NCBI GenBank assembly: GCA_038209745.1
Contig: JBBQXJ010000011.1
Span: 8,390 to 72,389 of the forward strand
DNA: 64,000 nt
DNA from: Verrucomicrobiota bacterium
GTDB taxonomy: Bacteria; Verrucomicrobiota; Verrucomicrobiia; Limisphaerales; CANJSG01
Direction of reading: 5' to 3'
Of the stretch, positions 59,249-64,000 are shown piece by piece. Numbering within the stretch: position 1 is the first letter of the stretch; every line of letters begins with the position of its first letter. A program made the translations under genes and the position numbers. A model generated the notes under the pieces. It saw nothing but the letters and a program-made list of their open reading frames with translations, was not told where the DNA came from and searched no databases.

Positions 59249-60262
59249 ATGAGCGACAGTTTCGTTCCAACTTTGGTCGATGTGGCCGCCACGGGCGACC
59301 TCCAGCGCGAGCTGCATGCCCGAGCCGCAGCGGACCGGGACCGGGTCTTCGGCCGCAAGGCGTTCGTGCGCGCCGTCGTCGAAGTGTCGAACTTCTGCCG
59401 GGAAAACTGCGCCTACTGCGGAATGCGCCGCGACAACCGCACGCTCGATCGCTACCGGGCGAAGGCCGACCAGATCACCGAGCTGATCCTGAACCATCGC
59501 CCCGCCAGCATCACGGACCTCAACATCCAGACCGGCGAAGATCCCCGGGCGGTGGAGGAAGTCGTGCTGCCGTTGCTGAAGACGTTGCGCCGGGAGACAT
59601 CGCTCGGGCTCAGTGTCTGCCTCGGCACCTTGAACGCCGATCTCTACCGCGCCTTGGCCGAAGCCGGCGCGTCGATCTACATCATCAAGTTCGAGATCGC
59701 CTCGCCCGGAGCCTATCGCCGGCATTCCGCGCCCGGCACGCAGGCGGAGCGATTGGAGCACATCCGGCTGCTGGCGGGCACGGGTTGGAACGTCAGCTCG
59801 GGTTTCATCGCCGGACTCCCCGGACAAGGGCCGGGAGACATGTTGGAGAATCTCCGTCTGGCGCGGTCGCTGCCACTGGGCGGTTGCAGCGTCAGCCCGT
59901 TCATTCCCGGTGAAGCCACGCCGCTTTCCGGAGAGCCAGCACCGGGAGTCGATCTGGCGTTGAACTCCATGGCGGCGATGCGGCTGATGCGGCCCGACTG
60001 GGTGATCCCCGCCGTCAGCGCGCTGAACATCGCCGAACCGGGCGCCGGCTACCGTCGCGGTCTGGCCACCGGCGCGAACCTTTGCACGATCAACCTCACG
60101 CCCGACGGCGAGCGCGAGAACTACCTGCTCTACAAACGCGACCGTTTCATCATGAACGAGGAGCGGATCCTGTCGGCCATCTCGGCGACGGGATTGAGCG
60201 TCTCGACCACGAGTTTGGCGGAGCATTTTGCGGGTAGGCGGGCGGAACTGACGGGAGTCTGA
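59249..60262 (+). CDS. radical SAM enzyme, HydE/PylB/BioB-like
   Basis: RAVVEVSNFCRENCAYC, GLPGQ, PFIP..TPL, GAN..NLTP..Y.LY. Confidence 0.88.
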   Translation: MSDSFVPTLVDVAATGDLQRELHARAAADRDRVFGRKAFVRAVVEVSNFCRENCAYCGMRRDNRTLDRYRAKADQITELILNHRPASITDLNIQTGEDPRAVEEVVLPLLKTLRRETSLGLSVCLGTLNADLYRALAEAGASIYIIKFEIASPGAYRRHSAPGTQAERLEHIRLLAGTGWNVSSGFIAGLPGQGPGDMLENLRLARSLPLGGCSVSPFIPGEATPLSGEPAPGVDLALNSMAAMRLMRPDWVIPAVSALNIAEPGAGYRRGLATGANLCTINLTPDGERENYLLYKRDRFIMNEERILSAISATGLSVSTTSLAEHFAGRRAELTGV

Positions 60263-60293
60263 CGCACGTCCCGGAGTTCACCGCATCGTCAAC

Positions 60294-60701
60294 TCACTCC
60301 TCGAAAAACTGACGAATCCGCCCCCGTCGGAGGCGTCGAATTAGCGCAGTCTGAGTCGTGTCGCGATACTTGCAGTCGAGAAACCAGGGAATGACGAACA
60401 TGTTTCCGACAAGGATCGCCACCATCCACAACGCCCGGATTCGGATGGATAGCTCACGGGAAACAGCGGCCCAGGCCAAATAGAAAGGCCACTGGATTAG
60501 GGTGCCATAGTAGCCCGTGAGCCCGATCGTGCGAATGATCCCCGATGGCTCTGTGGATGAGGGCGGGTCATTTCTCATCGCGGCGGGGAGCAATCCTACG
60601 AAGGCCCAAACGATCATCGCCAAATAGGAGAGCGGCAGAAACACTGCGGGCACCGCTGCGACTGCGTAGGCGGCTTTTGCTGAGTGAGAGTGGCGAACCA
60701 T
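60294..60701 (-). CDS. hypothetical membrane protein, atypical codon usage
   Basis: 3 TM segments, lower GC. Confidence 0.65.
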   Translation of the reverse strand: MVRHSHSAKAAYAVAAVPAVFLPLSYLAMIVWAFVGLLPAAMRNDPPSSTEPSGIIRTIGLTGYYGTLIQWPFYLAWAAVSRELSIRIRALWMVAILVGNMFVIPWFLDCKYRDTTQTALIRRLRRGRIRQFFEE

Positions 60702-60909
60702 TTTCTGGGCCTAGAATAGCGTTGGTCTTGACGTCGAAGGTAAAGGATTCCTCCGGAGCCGGCCGGTTATTTTCCCGAATGCAGTGCGCAGTGGTCTGTG
60801 TTGCGGAGCCCGGCCCGACGGTTTCGACTTTTCCGCTTCAAAGCGGTTGCAGTTTCCCCTCCCAGCAGGCACAACCGCGCCCCCTGAATTCTTTCCGTTT
60901 ACCGAACCG

Positions 60910-61632
60910 ATGAAACCCAAAGGCATGACCGAAGCGCAGTTTCTGGATCTCCTCCAGAAGGTGCTCCCCAAAGCGACCACCGACACCCGTCTGGCTTCCG
61001 CCATCTATGAGCGGGTGGCGGAGGAGGTCCGGCTGGTCAACAGCCTCCAGTCCTTCGAGAAGTTCTGCGCCCAAGGGTCGTTGCCCGACTTGGAGCCGGC
61101 CACGGTCGCCCAATATGAGACCCAGCTGACCGAACGGTTCGGCGAGGGCAACGTGACGGTCACTCCGACGGAATCGGGCGACGCCATCGCCGTGGAGATC
61201 GCGCTCCCCGACGACCGGAAGGTCACCAATCGCATCAAGATCGTGCCGCCGGGCGAGGCGGAGGAGGAAGAGGTGAAGCAGCCTTTCGTGCCGTTCCCCG
61301 TCGCGTTGCCGGAAGATCCCGACCTGTTGTGGATCCTGGCGCGGCGCGAAGACTTCGGGCCGGACGAAGCCATGCGGGCCTTGGCCAAGATCGAGGAGGA
61401 GTTTTGGGCGACGAAGGCCGGGCAGAAAGCCCAGCGAGACCGCGTGGAGAAATCCTTCGCGGAGTTCATCTCGCGCGTGCCGGCCGCCGCACTGGCGGAC
61501 AGCGGGATGAAGCGGCACTACAAAGAACCCGAACCGAGAAAGACGCTGCAGCGCCTGACAGGAGGTCAGACGGCGAAGACGGCTTCGACGACCGCGGACA
61601 TCGCCGCGCCGTGGGACGACGGGAAGAAGTAA
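60910..61632 (+). CDS. hypothetical protein
   Basis: Coherent ORF with host-like codon usage, ATG 60910. Confidence 0.8.
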   Translation: MKPKGMTEAQFLDLLQKVLPKATTDTRLASAIYERVAEEVRLVNSLQSFEKFCAQGSLPDLEPATVAQYETQLTERFGEGNVTVTPTESGDAIAVEIALPDDRKVTNRIKIVPPGEAEEEEVKQPFVPFPVALPEDPDLLWILARREDFGPDEAMRALAKIEEEFWATKAGQKAQRDRVEKSFAEFISRVPAAALADSGMKRHYKEPEPRKTLQRLTGGQTAKTASTTADIAAPWDDGKK

Positions 61633-61716
61633 GAGGGCTCTTCATCCCGTCCTCGAAGTCCAAGAGCGTGTCTGAGAAATTCCCGGAATGGTCTGGATCG
61701 TCGCGCTTCCGAATTG

Positions 61717-61822
61717 GGCGGAGCTTTTGGATTGCGGTGCTGCTGCGCCGCTTTGGAGAGGATGAATCTGGAGCCGGATCGGCCATCGCAAAGCACCGGC
61801 GCAGTCCAAGACTGCTGGCGCG
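61717..61822. repeat. degenerate REP-like inverted repeat
   Basis: TTGGATTGCGGTGCTGCTGCGCCGCTTT ... AAAGCACCGGCGCAGTCCAA. Confidence 0.6.
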
Positions 61823-61909
61823 ACGAAGTCTGCGCCCAGCGGTTCCGTTCAAGTCCGGTTCGCCGGCTTTTTCAGACTGGCGCCACGCGGAGCTGCCCAG
61901 CGGTCCATC

Positions 61910-63370
61910 TCACAACAGCTTGATCTGGCCGCGATCGGTCAGGACGGCTTCGCCGAGGCTTTCGTGTTTGGAGCGGCGGCGTTCGATGATGTTCTTGTCG
62001 AGCGACGGGTCGTAGGCGACGGGGTATTTGCCGTCGTAGCAGGCCATGCAGAAGCCGCTGCGCGGCTGGCCGGTGGCGGCGACCATGCCGTCCTGCGAGA
62101 GGTAGCCGAGGGAGTCGGCGTTCAGATACTGGCAGATCTCGTCCAGGGTGTGCGTGGCCGCCATCAGCTTGGAGCGGTCGGGGAAGTCGATGCCGTAGAC
62201 GCACGGGTTCATGTGCGGGGGGCAGCTGACGAGGACGTGGACTTCCTTGGCGCCGGCCTCCTTCAGGCTGTTGACGCGGGTGCGGCAGGTGGTGCCGCGG
62301 ACGATGGAGTCGTCCACGATGACCACGCGCTTCCCCTTCACCAGCTCGGCGATGAGGTTGAGCTTCACGCGGACGTTGAAGTCGCGGATGAGCTGCGAGG
62401 GTTGGAGGAAGCTCCGGCCGACGTAGTGGTTCCGGACGAAGGCCATCTCGAACGGGATGCCGCTCTCCATGGAGTAGCCGAGGGCGGCGCAATTCCCGCT
62501 GTCGGGCACGGGCACGACGACGTCGGCCTCGATGGGGAATTCGCGGGCGAGCTGGCGGCCCATTTCCACGCGGACCTTGTAGACGTTCTTGCCGGCGATG
62601 TTGCTGTCGGGCCGGGCGAAGTAGACGTATTCGAAGATGCAGAAGGCGCGTTCCTTCTGCTCGGGGAAGGCCTGGATGCTGCGGACGCCGTCCTTGTTGA
62701 TGATGACGATCTCGCCGGGCTCTATGTCGCGGACGAACTTGGCGTGGATCAGGTCGAAGGCGCAGGTCTCGCTGGAAAGGACCCAGGCGTCGCCCACTTT
62801 GCCGAGGGACAACGGCCTGAAGCCGTGGGGATCGCGGACGCCGATGATCTCGTTCTCGGTCATGATGACCAACGAGTAGGCGCCTTCGATGCGGCGGATG
62901 CTGTGGACGAGGTTGTTCTCCGTGCCGTTGAAGGAGGGCTGGGCCAGCAGGTGGAGGATGATCTCGGAATCGACCGTGGTCTGGAAAATGGAGCCGCGCG
63001 CCTCGAGTTCCTCCCGGAGCTGGGAGGCGTTGGTCAGGTTGCCGTTGTGGGCGATGGCGATCTGGCCGCGACCGCAATCAACCGTGAGCGGCTGGGCGTT
63101 GCGGATGTTGGACGAGCCGGTGGTGGAATACCGGGTATGGCCCACGGCCATGTGGCCGACGAGGTCGTGCAGGGCCACGCCGTCAAAGATCTGAGGAACA
63201 AGCCCCATGCCTTTGTGGATGCGGAACTGCTTGCCATCGCAGGCCACGATGCCGGCGCTCTCCTGGCCCCGGTGCTGGAGCGCGAAGAGGCCGTAGTAGG
63301 TGAGTTCCGCCGCGTTCGGATTGCCGTAAATGCCGAAAACGCCGCAGTAGTGCTTGGGGTGGGTCTGCAT
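61910..63370 (-). CDS. purF: amidophosphoribosyltransferase
   Basis: Propeptide-CGVFG, LQHRGQESAG, GHTRYST, AHNGNL, CIFEYVYFARPD, VDDSIVRGTT, YGID. Confidence 0.97.
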   Translation of the reverse strand: MQTHPKHYCGVFGIYGNPNAAELTYYGLFALQHRGQESAGIVACDGKQFRIHKGMGLVPQIFDGVALHDLVGHMAVGHTRYSTTGSSNIRNAQPLTVDCGRGQIAIAHNGNLTNASQLREELEARGSIFQTTVDSEIILHLLAQPSFNGTENNLVHSIRRIEGAYSLVIMTENEIIGVRDPHGFRPLSLGKVGDAWVLSSETCAFDLIHAKFVRDIEPGEIVIINKDGVRSIQAFPEQKERAFCIFEYVYFARPDSNIAGKNVYKVRVEMGRQLAREFPIEADVVVPVPDSGNCAALGYSMESGIPFEMAFVRNHYVGRSFLQPSQLIRDFNVRVKLNLIAELVKGKRVVIVDDSIVRGTTCRTRVNSLKEAGAKEVHVLVSCPPHMNPCVYGIDFPDRSKLMAATHTLDEICQYLNADSLGYLSQDGMVAATGQPRSGFCMACYDGKYPVAYDPSLDKNIIERRRSKHESLGEAVLTDRGQIKLL

Positions 63371-63535
63371 CGTCAAAAAAGCGCGAGCTGATAGCAACAA
63401 CCGGGCATCGCTGAAGCAAGCCTCAAAGGTCGCCGGATTCGGCGCCGCGTCAATCCGCCCGAGTGAAACCCCGGAACCGAGCGCGGGATTCGTCCTTTGA
63501 TCGACTCTCCTGCCACGAACTTTACGATCTCCGGC

Positions 63536-63829
63536 ATGGGCCTTTTCGCCGTTCTTCAGACGACGCTGGATATTCCGCCGTTCGGGGCCATGCAGCGGGC
63601 TTTCTCCCATGTTCCCTTCCTCGTCGCCCAGGACGCCCATACGTTGGGGCGGGATGCTTTCGGAATCCTGATCAACCGCCTGAGCCAGAGCGACGCCCTG
63701 CTGGTGGTGAACTGTTTGGCGACGGAGGGCATCCGGACGGAGGCGGTGGCGCAGGCGAACGTGCCGGAGGTGCCGGCGACCCGTTACGGAACCGCTGATT
63801 TAATCGCGCTCCCACGGAAAGCGAGCTGA
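63536..63829 (+). pseudogene. hypothetical gene truncated by the IS5 insertion
   Basis: The ORF runs into the IS end at 63788 and stops inside it. Confidence 0.55.
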
Positions 63830-64000
63830 CGCGGGAGGAGCGTTGGGGGAGGATGGTGGGCATGGAAGCACAGAGGAGTTTCGCGGAGGCGGAGTTCATG
63901 GCGAAGAAGAAGACCACGCGGCGGGAGAAGTTCCTCGCGGGCATGGAGGAGGCCGTGCCGTGGGCGGCGCTGCTGGCCGTGGTCGAGCCGTTCTACCCGG
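63788..64000 (+). mobile_element. IS5-family insertion sequence, left end (partial)
   Basis: Putative terminal IR GGAACCGCTGATTTAAT upstream of a transposase ORF. Confidence 0.8.
63862..64000 (+). CDS. IS5-family transposase, N-terminus (runs off the window)
   Basis: QRSFAEAEFMAKKKTTRREKFLAGMEEAVPWAALLAVVEPFYP. Confidence 0.88.
   Translation, partial: MEAQRSFAEAEFMAKKKTTRREKFLAGMEEAVPWAALLAVVEPFYP

Noticed and set aside
59249..60262. Calling the radical SAM gene hydE or bioB
   Set aside because: No hydrogenase maturation or biotin genes in context, so the family cannot be narrowed

Overview
GC-rich bacterial chromosome segment, most consistent with Verrucomicrobiota (Pedosphaera/Limisphaera-like); this is inferred from gene families, gene order, weak Shine-Dalgarno usage and repeat types. 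It is mostly core genome: ispF, ftsY, CBS-PPase, hpf, leuC, coaD-yceD-rpmF-plsX-fabH, surA, purD, purF, rnhB, nfeD-floA and RNase P RNA. It also holds a type IV pilus/competence set (pilT, pilMNO-P-like-secretin, comEC), a FecR + CHASE2 adenylate cyclase pair and a minimal Fe-S assembly operon. A sugar-acid operon is interrupted by accessory DNA (hicBA, palindromic repeats, EVE-HNH nuclease, a lone attC cassette). A small lipid-tailoring-like cluster and an IS5 at the right edge complete the window. Most unusual: (1) an Rrf2-IscU-IscS-Mrp operon whose IscS has lost the PLP Schiff-base Lys and the substrate-binding Arg but keeps the loop Cys, and whose Mrp lacks its CxxC; (2) an in-frame but motif-eroded coaD; (3) a TlpA thioredoxin fused to a domain resembling the PilP-like protein of the nearby pilus operon; (4) an integrase-less attC cassette; (5) a decayed cytochrome c pseudogene. 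No CRISPR array, tRNA or rRNA was seen. All calls come from reading motifs by eye; no database searches were run.
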